Below, piece after piece: positions 50,649-64,000 of a DNA stretch of 64,000 nucleotides. The DNA is from an uncultured Actinomycetota bacterium. Its GTDB lineage: Bacteria > Actinomycetota > Actinomycetes > Mycobacteriales > Jatrophihabitantaceae. The stretch covers positions 298,882 through 362,881 of the forward strand of contig CAVQMF010000003.1 of the NCBI GenBank assembly GCA_963713565.1. The letters run 5' to 3'. The notes below the pieces were generated by a model that saw nothing but the letters and a program-made list of their open reading frames with translations, was not told the origin of the DNA and made no database searches. Within the stretch, counting starts at the first letter, position 1. Every line of letters starts with the position of its first letter. The position numbers and the translations under genes are program-made.

Positions 50649-51857
50649 GTGCTGCGATGGATCACCGCCGGCGAGTCGCACGGCCCCGCCCTGGTCGCCG
50701 TGCTCGACGGACTGCCGGCCGGCGTCGCCATCACCACCGCCCAGATCGCGAGCGACCTGGCCCGCCGCCGCCTCGGGTACGGCCGGGGCGCCCGGATGAA
50801 ATTCGAACAGGACGAGGTCGAGCTGACCGGCGGGGTGCGGCACGGGCGCACGATGGGCGGCCCGGTGGCCGTTCGGGTGGGCAACTCGGAGTGGCCGAAG
50901 TGGGAAACGGTCATGTCGGCCGATCCGGTCGACGCCGGCCTGCTCGCCGAGCAGGCGCGCAACGCCCCGCTCACCCGCCCGCGCCCCGGACACGCCGATC
51001 TGACCGGTATGCAGAAGTACGACGTCGACGACGCGCGGCCGATCCTGGAGCGCGCCAGCGCCCGCGAGACCGCCGCCCGCGTCGCCCTTGGTTCGGTGGC
51101 CAAAGCGTTCCTGCGTCAGGTCGCCGACGTCGACGTGCTGAGCCACGTCGTGTCCATCGGCACGGTCACCGCACCGCCCGCGGTGCTGCCGGGTCCGGCC
51201 GATGCGGCACGCGTCGACGAGTCGGAGGTCCGCTGCTTCGACCCGGTGGCGAGCGCGGCGATGATCGCCGAGATCGACGAGACGCGTCGGGCCGGCGACA
51301 CCCTCGGCGGCGTCGTCGAGGTGCTGGCCTATGGCCTGCCGCCCGGCCTGGGCAGCCACACGCACGGCGATCGTCGCCTCGACGCGCGGCTCGCCGCCGC
51401 CGTGATGGGCATCCAGGCGATCAAGGGCGTCGAGCTCGGCGACGGGTTCGAGCTCGCCCGTATCCGGGGCTCGCAGGCCCAGGACGAGATCGTCCGCGCG
51501 GACGGGGTGATCCGCCGCATGTCCGGGCGATCGGGTGGCACCGAGGGCGGCATGACGACGGGCGAAGTGCTGCGGGTACGGGCGGCGATGAAGCCGATCT
51601 CGACCATCCCGCGAGCGTTGCGGACCGTCGACACGCAGACCGGGGAGCCCGCGGTGGCCATCAACCAGCGCTCGGACGTGTGCGCCGTTCCCGCGGCAGG
51701 GGTGGTGGCGGAGGCGATGGTCGCCCTCGTGCTCGCCGAAGCAGTGCTCGACAAGTTCGGTGGCGACTCGGTGTCCGAGACGCGGCGAAACCGCGATGGC
51801 TATGTGCAGCGACTCGTCGAGCGTGGCCTGGCAGCGGCGACGCAGGTCAGGACATGA
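50649..51857 (+). CDS. aroC: Chorismate synthase
   Basis: [32 protein letters not shown]. Confidence 0.98.
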   Translation: MLRWITAGESHGPALVAVLDGLPAGVAITTAQIASDLARRRLGYGRGARMKFEQDEVELTGGVRHGRTMGGPVAVRVGNSEWPKWETVMSADPVDAGLLAEQARNAPLTRPRPGHADLTGMQKYDVDDARPILERASARETAARVALGSVAKAFLRQVADVDVLSHVVSIGTVTAPPAVLPGPADAARVDESEVRCFDPVASAAMIAEIDETRRAGDTLGGVVEVLAYGLPPGLGSHTHGDRRLDARLAAAVMGIQAIKGVELGDGFELARIRGSQAQDEIVRADGVIRRMSGRSGGTEGGMTTGEVLRVRAAMKPISTIPRALRTVDTQTGEPAVAINQRSDVCAVPAAGVVAEAMVALVLAEAVLDKFGGDSVSETRRNRDGYVQRLVERGLAAATQVRT

Positions 51858-52381
51858 GTCCCCGGGTCGTGCTCGTCGGCCTGCCGGGCGCGGGCAAGAG
51901 CACCAGCGGACGCCGGCTCGCCAAGATCCTTGCCGTGCCGTTCGCCGATTCGGATGAACTCATCGAGATCGCAGAGGGCCGCAACGTGCGCACGATCTTC
52001 GCCGAATCGGGGGAGTCAGCGTTCCGGGACGCCGAGTCCCGTGCGATCCTCGCCGCGCTCGGCGACTTCGCCGGTGTGCTCGCCCTCGGCGGCGGCGCGC
52101 TGACGACACCGGCCACCCGTGCCGGCATCGCCGCGTCGGGCGTGCCGGTCGTGGTTCTGCGCGCCCGGCTCGAGACGCTCCTCGCGCGAGTCGGGGACGG
52201 GTCGACGAGACCGCTGCTCGCCGGCGGCCCGGCGGATCGGCTCGCCGAACTGGATCGCGAGCGCGGCGAGCTGTACCGGCGGCTGGCCGCGTTCACGGTC
52301 GACACCGACGGCCGCACGCCCGGACAGGTGGCTGCCACCGTCGCGGCACGGCTGCACCAACGGCAGATCCACGCGACGTGA
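51854..52381 (+). CDS. aroK: Shikimate kinase
   Basis: [23 protein letters not shown]. Confidence 0.95.
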   Translation: MSPRVVLVGLPGAGKSTSGRRLAKILAVPFADSDELIEIAEGRNVRTIFAESGESAFRDAESRAILAALGDFAGVLALGGGALTTPATRAGIAASGVPVVVLRARLETLLARVGDGSTRPLLAGGPADRLAELDRERGELYRRLAAFTVDTDGRTPGQVAATVAARLHQRQIHAT

Positions 52382-53451
52382 ACAGCACCCGGATCGAGGT
52401 GTCCGGCGCCCGGCCCTACCCGGTGCTGGTCGGCCGGGACCTGCTCGGCGAACTTCCCGCCCTGGTCGGTGACGCAGTGCGGGTGGCGATCATCCACCAG
52501 CCGCGGCTGCGCGGCGTCGCCGAACTGGCGCGTGACGAGTTGCGCGCCGCCGAGGTCGAAACCCACCTGCTCGCCGTGCCCGACGGGGAGGACGCCAAGC
52601 AGCTCGCGGTCGCAGGTCGGTGCTGGGACGCGCTCGGCGAGCTCGGGTTCACCCGTTCGGACGCGATCATCGGCCTGGGCGGCGGAGCGGCGACCGACCT
52701 CGCGGGCTGGGTGGCCGCCGCCTGGCTGCGCGGGGTGCGGGTCGTCCACGTGGCCACCACGCTCGCCGCAATGGTGGACGCCGCGGTGGGCGGCAAGACC
52801 GGCATCAACACGGCACGTGGCAAGAACCTGGTCGGCGCCTTCCACCCGCCGGTCGGCGTCCTGTGCGACCTGCCGTTGCTGGCGACCCTGTCCGGCGAGG
52901 ACTACGTCGCCGGGCTGGCCGAGGTCGTCAAGTGTGGATTCATCGCCGACCCGGCCATCCTGGAGCTGATCGAGCGCGACCCGGCCGCGGCGGCCATGGC
53001 GGGCAGTTCGGTCGAGCGGGAGCTGGTCGAGCGTTCGGTGCGGGTCAAGGCCGACGTCGTGGGCGCCGATCTCACCGAGCAGGGGCTGCGCGAGGTCCTC
53101 AACTACGGCCATACGCTCGGGCACGCGATCGAGCGCGCGGAGGGATACCGTTGGCGGCACGGCGCCGCGGTGTCGGTGGGGCTCGTCTTCGCCGCGGCGT
53201 TGGGTCGCCGACTCGACCGGCTCGACCGCCCCACCGCGGATCGGCACCGGGCGATCCTCGAGGCGTTGGGCCTGCCCACCTCGTACCCGGCCGCCGCGTT
53301 CCCGGAGCTGCTGGCGACCATGCGCGTGGACAAGAAGGCGCGCGGGAACCGGTTACGCTTCGTTGTCCTCGACGGGCTGGCCCGGCCGGTGTCGGTCGAG
53401 GTCTCCGACCCCGCCGTCCTGGCGGGCGCCTACGCGGAGGTGAGCAGGTGA
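52378..53451 (+). CDS. aroB: 3-dehydroquinate synthase
   Basis: [28 protein letters not shown]. Confidence 0.97.
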   Translation: MNSTRIEVSGARPYPVLVGRDLLGELPALVGDAVRVAIIHQPRLRGVAELARDELRAAEVETHLLAVPDGEDAKQLAVAGRCWDALGELGFTRSDAIIGLGGGAATDLAGWVAAAWLRGVRVVHVATTLAAMVDAAVGGKTGINTARGKNLVGAFHPPVGVLCDLPLLATLSGEDYVAGLAEVVKCGFIADPAILELIERDPAAAAMAGSSVERELVERSVRVKADVVGADLTEQGLREVLNYGHTLGHAIERAEGYRWRHGAAVSVGLVFAAALGRRLDRLDRPTADRHRAILEALGLPTSYPAAAFPELLATMRVDKKARGNRLRFVVLDGLARPVSVEVSDPAVLAGAYAEVSR

Positions 53452-53888
53452 GGGTACTCGTCCTCAACGGCCCGAATCTGGGTCGTCTCGGCACCCGCCA
53501 GCCCGACGTGTACGGCACCACCACCTACGCCGAACTGCGGGAGCTGTGCGTGCGTGCCGGGGCCGAACTCGGGCTCGAAGTCGAGGTGCGGCAGACCGAG
53601 CACGAGGGGCAGTTGCTCGGCTGGCTGCACGAGGCCGCCGACGCCGGCACGCCCGTCGTCCTCAACGCCGGGGCGTTCACGCACACCTCGCTCGCGTTGG
53701 CCGACGCGAGCGCCATGCTCAGCGCGCCGCTCGTCGAGGTGCACCTGAGCAACGTGTTCAAGCGCGAGCCGGTGCGGCACTCGAGTGTCGTGTCGCCGCA
53801 CGCCGCCGGGGTAATCGTGGGGCTCGGCCTGGAGGGGTACGTGCTGGCACTGTCCTGGCTGTCCTCGACCCTCGGCGCAACACCGTGA
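53448..53888 (+). CDS. aroQ: Type II 3-dehydroquinate dehydratase
   Basis: [32 protein letters not shown]. Confidence 0.96.
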   Translation: MRVLVLNGPNLGRLGTRQPDVYGTTTYAELRELCVRAGAELGLEVEVRQTEHEGQLLGWLHEAADAGTPVVLNAGAFTHTSLALADASAMLSAPLVEVHLSNVFKREPVRHSSVVSPHAAGVIVGLGLEGYVLALSWLSSTLGATP

Positions 53889-54056
53889 ACCGGACCTGGA
53901 CGGCGGTGCGGCACGTGAGCGGGGCGCCCCCCGCCCCGAGCACGGATCGCGGGCCGCGCCAGACGCACCGACGGGAGTTCGCGGCTGCCTCGTAGACTGC
54001 ACGGTCGGCCGTTATCTGCGGCATGCACCGACACCGACCGAGAGACGAGCAGCGGC

Positions 54057-54620
54057 GTGGCAACCACCAACGACCTGAAGAACGGCCTGGTCCTCAACAT
54101 CGACGGGCAGCTGTGGACCGTCGTCGAGTTCCAGCACGTCAAACCTGGAAAGGGCGGCGCGTTCGTCCGCACCACGTTGAAGAACGTGCTCTCCGGGAAG
54201 GTCGTCGACCGCACGTTCAATGCCGGTACCAAGGTCGAGACGGCCAACGTCGACAAGCGGGCGATGACCTATTTGTACAAGGAGGGCGCCGACTTCGTGT
54301 TCATGGACGCCGACACCTACGACCAGGTGCCGGTTCCTTCAGCGACCGTCGGCGAGAGCGCCAACTACCTGCTCGACAACGCCGAGGTCGTCATTGCGAT
54401 ACACGACGGCGCGGCGCTCTACATCGAACTGCCGACCAGCGTCGAACTGGTGATCCGCCACACCGACCCCGGCGTTCAGGGCGATCGCTCCACCGGCGGC
54501 ACCAAGCCCGCCACCCTGGAGACCGGTGCCGAGATTCAGGTTCCGCTGTTCGTCGCGACCGGCGAGAAGGTCAAGGTCGACACCCGCGACGGGCGTTACC
54601 TCGGCCGCGTCACAGGCTGA
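54057..54620 (+). CDS. efp: Elongation factor P
   Basis: [23 protein letters not shown]. Confidence 0.98.
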   Translation: MATTNDLKNGLVLNIDGQLWTVVEFQHVKPGKGGAFVRTTLKNVLSGKVVDRTFNAGTKVETANVDKRAMTYLYKEGADFVFMDADTYDQVPVPSATVGESANYLLDNAEVVIAIHDGAALYIELPTSVELVIRHTDPGVQGDRSTGGTKPATLETGAEIQVPLFVATGEKVKVDTRDGRYLGRVTG

Positions 54621-54632
54621 CGTACCCGAACG

Positions 54633-55034
54633 ATGGCCGCTCGCAGCAAGGCGCGAAAGCGCGCCGTCGACGTGCTGTACGAAGCCGACCTGCGCGGCGT
54701 CGACCCGGTCGCCACGCTGGCTGAGCGGGTGGCGCTGGCCGAGCCGCCGGTGAACTCGTACACGGTCGAACTCGTCGAGGGCGTGCAGGCCAACCGCGAG
54801 CGGATCGACGCGCTGCTCGCCGAGTACGCCGAGGGCTGGACCGTCGAACGGATGCCGGGCGTCGATCGCGCGGTGCTTCGGCTGGGGGTCTACGAGGTGC
54901 TCTGGCGTAGCGACGTGCCGGACGCGGTGGCAATCGACGAGGCCGTCGAACTTGCCAAGACGCTGTCGACGGATGAATCGCCCCGCTTTGTCAACGGGAT
55001 CCTTGCCCGAGTCCTGCGTGACCGACAGCCGTGA
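54633..55034 (+). CDS. nusB: Transcription antitermination factor
   Basis: ARSKARKRA, DRAVLRL, IDEAVELAK, FVNG. Confidence 0.97.
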   Translation: MAARSKARKRAVDVLYEADLRGVDPVATLAERVALAEPPVNSYTVELVEGVQANRERIDALLAEYAEGWTVERMPGVDRAVLRLGVYEVLWRSDVPDAVAIDEAVELAKTLSTDESPRFVNGILARVLRDRQP

Positions 55035-55565
55035 TTACGGCTCGCCGTCGACGATGACCGACTCCGGCGCCAGGACCTGCCAGCGCAGCAGCCGCTCGGT
55101 GAGCGCCTCGATCGACGTGTCGTACATCAGGGCGAGGGTGCGCAGATCCTCGTAGCGCACCGACAGCGTCCGGGCGCCGACGTCACCGCGCTGGCGCTGG
55201 ATGGAGGTGGCGAAGCGGCGCAGGATGTCTGCGTTGCCCTCGGTGAGGTCTTGCACCCGGTCGAGGTTGAGCACGATCCGGCTCAGCGGTGTCGCGCCGC
55301 CGCCGCCGGCGAACGGGCTGTCGTCGGGCGGCAGCAGGTCGCTGACCGGGACGCCGTAGAAGTCGGCCAGTTCGGCGAGGCGCTGCACGGACACCGCGCG
55401 ATCGCCGCGCTCGTACGAGCCGACCACGACGGCCTTCCATTTGCCGGCGGACTTGCGTTCGACACCGTGCAGCGACAGGTGCTGCTGGGTGCGGATGGCG
55501 CGCAGGCGGGCACCGAGCGCTTTCGCGTAGCCCTCGTTCGCGATGGTCTCTTGCGTGTCGTTCAT
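55035..55565 (-). CDS. bldD: BldD-family c-di-GMP-binding transcriptional regulator
   Basis: YAKALGARLRAIR..WKAVVVGSYERGDRAV; RGD-x8-RYED motif; nusB/pyrR synteny. Confidence 0.93.
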   Translation of the reverse strand: MNDTQETIANEGYAKALGARLRAIRTQQHLSLHGVERKSAGKWKAVVVGSYERGDRAVSVQRLAELADFYGVPVSDLLPPDDSPFAGGGGATPLSRIVLNLDRVQDLTEGNADILRRFATSIQRQRGDVGARTLSVRYEDLRTLALMYDTSIEALTERLLRWQVLAPESVIVDGEP

Positions 55566-55753
55566 GAATTCCCCGTGGTCGACCGGGTTGGAGGTGAGGT
55601 CGATGTACATTCTTCAGTCTTGAGCCGCCTGGACCGTAACTTGGGCCATACAACCTGTCAAAACCACCGCCATTATCGCAAACAAATCTGGGATCGGCAT
55701 CCGCGCCGCTCCGGTGCGTGCTGGGTGCGCTGAGGTAACCTACGACTGTCTTG

Positions 55754-55791
55754 CTCCTTTAATGGCCCGTCCCGTGAGGCGGACAAGGAGG
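55754..55791 (+). promoter_or_regulatory. PyrR-binding RNA stem-loop overlapping the pyrR RBS
   Basis: CTCCTT-TAA..GTCCCGTGAGGC..AAGGAG; the basal stem sequesters the Shine-Dalgarno sequence. Confidence 0.75.
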
Positions 55792-55798
55792 CGTCATC

Positions 55799-56438
55799 GT
55801 GGGTTCTGCCCGCTCGTCGGCGACTTCGCCGGGCGACAGCGGCTCGGCGGCGCCGTTCCCGTCCGACCCGCCAGCGCCGACAACCGACGGTGCAGCCACG
55901 GCGAGCACTGTTGTCCTCACGGCCGCCGACGTCGGGCGGGTCACCGACCGGATGGCGCATCAGATCATCGAGCACACCGCCAAGGGCGGGTTCGACCTCG
56001 CGTTGCTCGGCATTCCTACCCGCGGCGTGCCGCTCGCCCACCGCCTCGCCGCCCGGATTGCGGTGTTCGCCGGCGTCCGGGTGCCCGTCGGCTCGCTCGA
56101 CATCACCCTCTATCGCGACGATCTTCGCCTGCGCGGGGTGCGGCCGCTCGGTCAGACGCAGGAGCCCCCCGGCGGCATCGACGGACGGACCGTCATCCTC
56201 GTCGACGATGTGCTGTGCTCGGGACGCTCCTGCCGCGCCGCGCTGGACGCACTTACCGAACTTGGCCGGCCGCAGCAGCGTACAGCTCGCGACGCTGATC
56301 GACCGTGGCCATCGGGAGTTGCCGATCCGTGCCGACTACGTGGGCAAGAACCTGCCGACCTCGCTGCAGCAGCGGGTGCGGGTCCTGATGGACGAGGTCG
56401 ACGGTGTCGACGTCGTGCTCCTGGAGGAAGGCCGATGA
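55799..56438 (+). CDS. pyrR: Pyrimidine regulatory protein/UPRTase (frameshift near 56275)
   Basis: [37 protein letters not shown] in the second frame. Confidence 0.93.
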
Positions 56439-57408
56439 GACATCTGCTGTCCGCCGCCGACCTCGACCGGGGCGAGGCGCTCGCGATCCTCGACACCGCC
56501 CAGCGGATGCACGCCGTGCAGACCCGCGAGGTCAAGAAGTTGCCGCCGCTGCGCGGCCGCACGATCGTCAACCTGTTCTTCGAGGATTCGACCCGGACCC
56601 GGTCCTCGTTCGAGATCGCCGGCAAGTGGTTGTCCGCCGATGTGATCAACGTCAGCGCCAAGGGTTCGAGCGTCAGCAAGGGTGAGAGCCTGCGCGACAC
56701 CGCACTGACCGTCGCCGCGATGGGAGTGGATGCGCTCGTCGTGCGGCACAGCGCGTCCGGTGCGGTGGCCCGCATCGCGGGCTGGGTCGATTGTCATGTG
56801 GTCAACGCCGGAGACGGTACGCACGAGCATCCGACGCAGGCACTGCTGGACGCCTACACGCTGCGCGGTCGGCTCGGCGAGTCTGGCCGAGCGGCACGAT
56901 CGCCGTCGTCGGGGACGTCACGCACAGCCGGGTCGCCCGGTCCAATGTGCTGCTGCTGCGCACGCTCGGCGCGCGGGTCACGATCGTCGCCCCGCCGACG
57001 CTGATGCCCTCGGGCATCGCGTCCTGGCCGTGCGAGACGAGTTGGGACCTCGACGCGGTGCTGTCCGGCAAGGCGTACGGCGATGTGGATGCGGTGATGA
57101 TGCTGCGCGTGCAGCGGGAACGGATGACCAGTGGGTCGCTCGATGGTGATCGCGAACCCGATGTCGGCTATTTCCCGACCGAGCGGGAGTACGCGATCGG
57201 GTACGGGTTGTCGCCGGAGCGACTGGCGCTGCTGGGCGACGACGTCGTGATCCTGCACCCGGGGCCGATGAACCGCGGGCTGGAGATCTCTTCCGCGGCC
57301 GCCGACAGCGTCAACTCGGTGGTGCTCGAGCAGGTGCAGGCCGGCGTGTCGGTGCGCATGGCGGTGCTGTACCGGCTGCTCGCCGGCGCCGAGGAGCCCG
57401 GCGTATGA
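56435..57408 (+). CDS. pyrB: Aspartate carbamoyltransferase (frameshift near 56885)
   Basis: [26 protein letters not shown]. Confidence 0.95.
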
Positions 57409-58703
57409 GCAGCCTGCTGCTCACCGGCGTCCGACCGCTGGGCGGCACACCGGCGGACGTGCTGATCGAGGACGGCGTCATCGCCGAGGTCGGCGCGCGG
57501 CGAAGCGCCGACACCGAGATCGACGCCGGTGGGCTGGTGCTGCTGCCTGGTCTGGTCGACCTGCATGCGCACCTGCGCGAACCCGGCCGCGAGGACGCCG
57601 AGACGATCGCGTCCGGCTCGGCGGCCGCCGCGCTCGGCGGCTACACCGCCGTGCACGCCATGGCGAACACGGACCCGGTCGCCGACACTGCCGAGATCGT
57701 GGAGCAGGTGTGGCGCCGCGGCGTCGAGGTCGGCCTCGTCGACGTGCGTCCTGTCGGAGCGGTGTCGCGGAGCCTCGCCGGCCAGCGGCTGGCCGAGATC
57801 GGCGGCATGGCGCGCTCGGCCGCTGCGGTGCGGATCTTCAGTGATGACGGACGGTGCGTGCACGACGCACAGCTGATGCGCCGCGCACTGGAGTATGTCA
57901 AGCCGTTCGACGCCGTGATCGCACAGCACGCGCAGGATCCGCGGCTGGCCGACGCGCGTGCCTGCGCCCACGAGGGCGAGCTGTCCGGACGCCTGGGGCT
58001 ACCCGGCTGGCCGGCGGTCGCCGAGGAGTCGATCGTCGCCCGCGATGTCATGCTCGCCGCGCACACCGGCTCGCGGCTGCACGTCTGCCACGTGTCCACC
58101 GGCGGCACCGTAGAGGTCATCAGGTGGGCCAAGGAGCGCGGGATCGCGGTCACCGCCGAGGTGACGCCACACCACCTGCTGCTCACCTGCGACCTGCTGG
58201 AGACCTACGACCCGGTGTACAAGGTGAATCCCCCGCTGCGCCCGGCCGACGACGTCGCGGCGCTGCGCGCCGGGCTGGCCGACGGCACGATCGATGCCGT
58301 CGCCACCGACCACGCACCCCACGCAGCGCACGACAAGGACCACGCCTTCGGCGACGCCGCGTTCGGCATGCTCGGCCTGCAGACCGCGCTCGGCATCGTC
58401 GCGTCGACGATGGTCCAGTCCGGGCTGCTCGACTGGGCCGCGGTGGCCGATCGGATGTCGGTGCGACCGGCCGCGATCGCCCGGCTCGCCGGGCACGGTG
58501 GGGCGCTGCGGGCGGGCACGGTGGCCAACCTGACGCTTGTCGACCCGTCCGCCTCGTGGACGGTGGACCCGGCCGGACTCGCCTCGAAGTCGCGCAACAC
58601 GCCGTATGCGGGTGTGCTTCTGCCGGCGAGTGTCGCCGCGACGATCTACCGGGGCCGGCTCACCGCCCGCGGCGGGGCGCTCGTTCACGGTGCGTTCGCG
58701 TGA
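57405..58703 (+). CDS. pyrC: Dihydroorotase
   Basis: [23 protein letters not shown]. Confidence 0.96.
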   Translation: MSSLLLTGVRPLGGTPADVLIEDGVIAEVGARRSADTEIDAGGLVLLPGLVDLHAHLREPGREDAETIASGSAAAALGGYTAVHAMANTDPVADTAEIVEQVWRRGVEVGLVDVRPVGAVSRSLAGQRLAEIGGMARSAAAVRIFSDDGRCVHDAQLMRRALEYVKPFDAVIAQHAQDPRLADARACAHEGELSGRLGLPGWPAVAEESIVARDVMLAAHTGSRLHVCHVSTGGTVEVIRWAKERGIAVTAEVTPHHLLLTCDLLETYDPVYKVNPPLRPADDVAALRAGLADGTIDAVATDHAPHAAHDKDHAFGDAAFGMLGLQTALGIVASTMVQSGLLDWAAVADRMSVRPAAIARLAGHGGALRAGTVANLTLVDPSASWTVDPAGLASKSRNTPYAGVLLPASVAATIYRGRLTARGGALVHGAFA

Positions 58704-59817
58704 GCACCGCGATCCTGGTGCTGGAGGACGGCCGGACATTCATCGGCGAGTCGTACGGCGCGGTCGGGGAGACGTTCGGTGAGGCGGTGTTCACCACGGG
58801 CATGACCGGCTACCAGGAGACGCTCACCGACCCGTCCTACCACCGGCAGGTCGTCGTGCAGACCGCGCCACACATCGGCAACACCGGGGTCAACGACGAG
58901 GACCCGGAGTCCCGCCGGATCTGGGTGGCCGGTTATGTGGTCCGCGACCCGGCGCGGCGCGTATCGAATTGGCGCGCCCGCCGCTGCCTCGACGACGAGC
59001 TCGCCGCGCAGGGCGTGGTCGGCATCAGCGGCATCGACACCCGCGCGCTGACCAGACACCTGCGCGAGCGCGGCGCGATGCGTTGCGCGGTGTCCAGCCT
59101 CGCCAGCGCCACCGAGACGGGCTGCGCGGCGCTGCGCGACCGGGTGCTCGCGTCGCAGTCGATGGTGGGCGCCGACCTGTCCGCCGAGGTGACCACGCCG
59201 CGGCCGTACCGGGTGGACGCGATCGGCGAGCACCGCTTCACGGTTGCGGCGCTGGACTACGGCATCAAGTCGATGACCCCGCACCGGATGGCCGAACGCG
59301 GTATCACCTCACACGTGCTGCCGTCGACGTCGTCCGCGGCGCAGATCGTGGCCAGCGGCGCGGACGCGGTGTTCCTCGCGAACGGGCCGGGCGATCCGGC
59401 TGCGGCCGACCACGCGATCGCGACCGTGCGCGAGTTGCTGCGCCGCGAGGTGCCGATCTTCGGTATCTGCTTCGGCAACCAGGTGCTCGGGCGGGCGTTC
59501 GGGTTCGGGACCTACAAGCTCGGCTACGGCCACCGGGGGATCAACCAGCCGGTGCAGGATCGGCTCACCGGCAAGGTGGAGATCACCGCGCACAACCACG
59601 GCTTCGCCGTCGACGCCCCGCTGTCCGCTCCGACCCAGACCGAGTTCGGCAGCGTCGAGGTCAGCCACGTCTGTCTCAACGACGACGTCGTCGAGGGGCT
59701 GCGCGCGCGCGACACCCGGGCGTTCAGCGTGCAGTATCACCCTGAGGCCGCGGCCGGACCGCACGATGCCGCCTACCTGTTCGATCGATTCGTGCAGCTG
59801 CTGGAGGGGACGCGCTA

Positions 59818-59818
<1 letters not shown>
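58700..59818 (+). CDS. carA: Carbamoyl-phosphate synthase small subunit
   Basis: [29 protein letters not shown]. Confidence 0.97.
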
Positions 59819-63123
<3,305 letters not shown>

Positions 63124-63157
63124 GACCCTCGACTGATCACTCGACACGGGCGAGCGG

Positions 63158-64000
63158 ATGAGCGGGCCTGTGCAGGAGCGGACTGCGGAGATCTTCTCTG
63201 TGCAGCGCGTCGGGGCGTACGTCCAGTTCACGGTCATTGCGCCGGGTATCGCGACGGGGTTCAAGCCTGGTCACTTCGTGGCGGTCGCGGTCGGCGGGGA
63301 GAACTCGGCAATGGGGTTGCGGCGGGCCTTTGCGCTCTCCGGTGCCACACCGACGGCGTCGTACGCGGGCACGATCGCGTTCGTCGTCGCCGAACACGGC
63401 CCGGGTACGCGCTGGCTCGGGCAGCAGCGCGTCGGTGACGTGCTCGACGTTGTCGGGCCGCTCGGCACGCCGTTCCCGATTCCGGCCGGCCCGTCACCGG
63501 TCGTGCTGGTCGGCGGCGGGTACGGCGCTGCGCCACTGCTGCCGCTGGCCCAGGTGCTGCTCGACAACGGTTCGCCCGTCGAGTTCGTCCTCGGGGCGGC
63601 AACCGGTGCGCGGCTCTACGGCGAGCTCGCGGCGAAACGGCTGGTCGGCCAGGTGGCGGTCACCACCGTCGACGGGTCGGCCGGCGAGCGGGGCCTCGTC
63701 ACGGATGTGCTACCCGCGGCGATCGAACGGGTCAACGCTGAGATCGTCTATGCGTGCGGACCGATGCCGATGCTCCAGGCCGTCGGCAGCATCGCCGCAC
63801 GGCGGGCGATCCGCGCGCAGGTGGCGGTCGAGGAGTCGATGGCCTGCGGCATCGGGGTGTGCATGACCTGCGTGCTGCCCGTCCGCGGCGACGACGGCAA
63901 GTCGCGCTTCGTCCGATCCTGCGTCGAAGGGCCGGTGTTCGACGCGCTGAGCGTGCGCTGGAGCGACGTCGGTCACCTGCCGCCGGATTTGGTCGGCGCC
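63158..64000 (+). CDS. pyrK: Dihydroorotate dehydrogenase electron transfer subunit (runs off the window)
   Basis: GPLG, GGGYG, ACGP, EESMACGIGVCMTC..SCVEGPVF; absent from the ORF track because it has no stop in the window. Confidence 0.92.
   Translation, partial: MSGPVQERTAEIFSVQRVGAYVQFTVIAPGIATGFKPGHFVAVAVGGENSAMGLRRAFALSGATPTASYAGTIAFVVAEHGPGTRWLGQQRVGDVLDVVGPLGTPFPIPAGPSPVVLVGGGYGAAPLLPLAQVLLDNGSPVEFVLGAATGARLYGELAAKRLVGQVAVTTVDGSAGERGLVTDVLPAAIERVNAEIVYACGPMPMLQAVGSIAARRAIRAQVAVEESMACGIGVCMTCVLPVRGDDGKSRFVRSCVEGPVFDALSVRWSDVGHLPPDLVGA

Noticed and set aside
55566-55750. BldD autoregulatory box
   Set aside because: No convincing match to the BldD consensus by eye.

Overview
High-GC actinobacterial DNA; the efp-nusB-bldD-pyrR arrangement and gene style suggest a Frankiales/Jatrophihabitans/Geodermatophilales-like organism (inference). 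(1) 1-3.7 kb is the decayed tail of an integrated element: a TOPRIM primase fragment, DUF5313, Hsp20, a frameshifted TetR and an IS1182 remnant, ending at a duplicated 26-bp tRNA-Val 3' end (att site). (2) 4-40 kb is accessory metabolism: a membrane operon; gpgS-folP2; a heavily frameshifted orphan GTP/pterin-derived envelope-modification cluster (RibA, RibD-like, PTPS-IV-like QueD homologue, Zn-dehydrogenase, GT4, flippase, CDP-alcohol phosphotransferase, sulfatase-like); an iron/redox locus (Bfd, Bfr, Gpx, DoxX, a tandem-domain unknown) interleaved with unusual CoA enzymes; SulP-DAGK; and lipid genes. (3) 40.5-64 kb is core genome: rarA, alaS, ruvX, mltG, aro genes (with an fdhD/mobA insertion), efp, nusB, bldD and the pyr/car operon. 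Many frameshifts look like long-read consensus errors. All calls come from motif recognition by eye; no searches were run.
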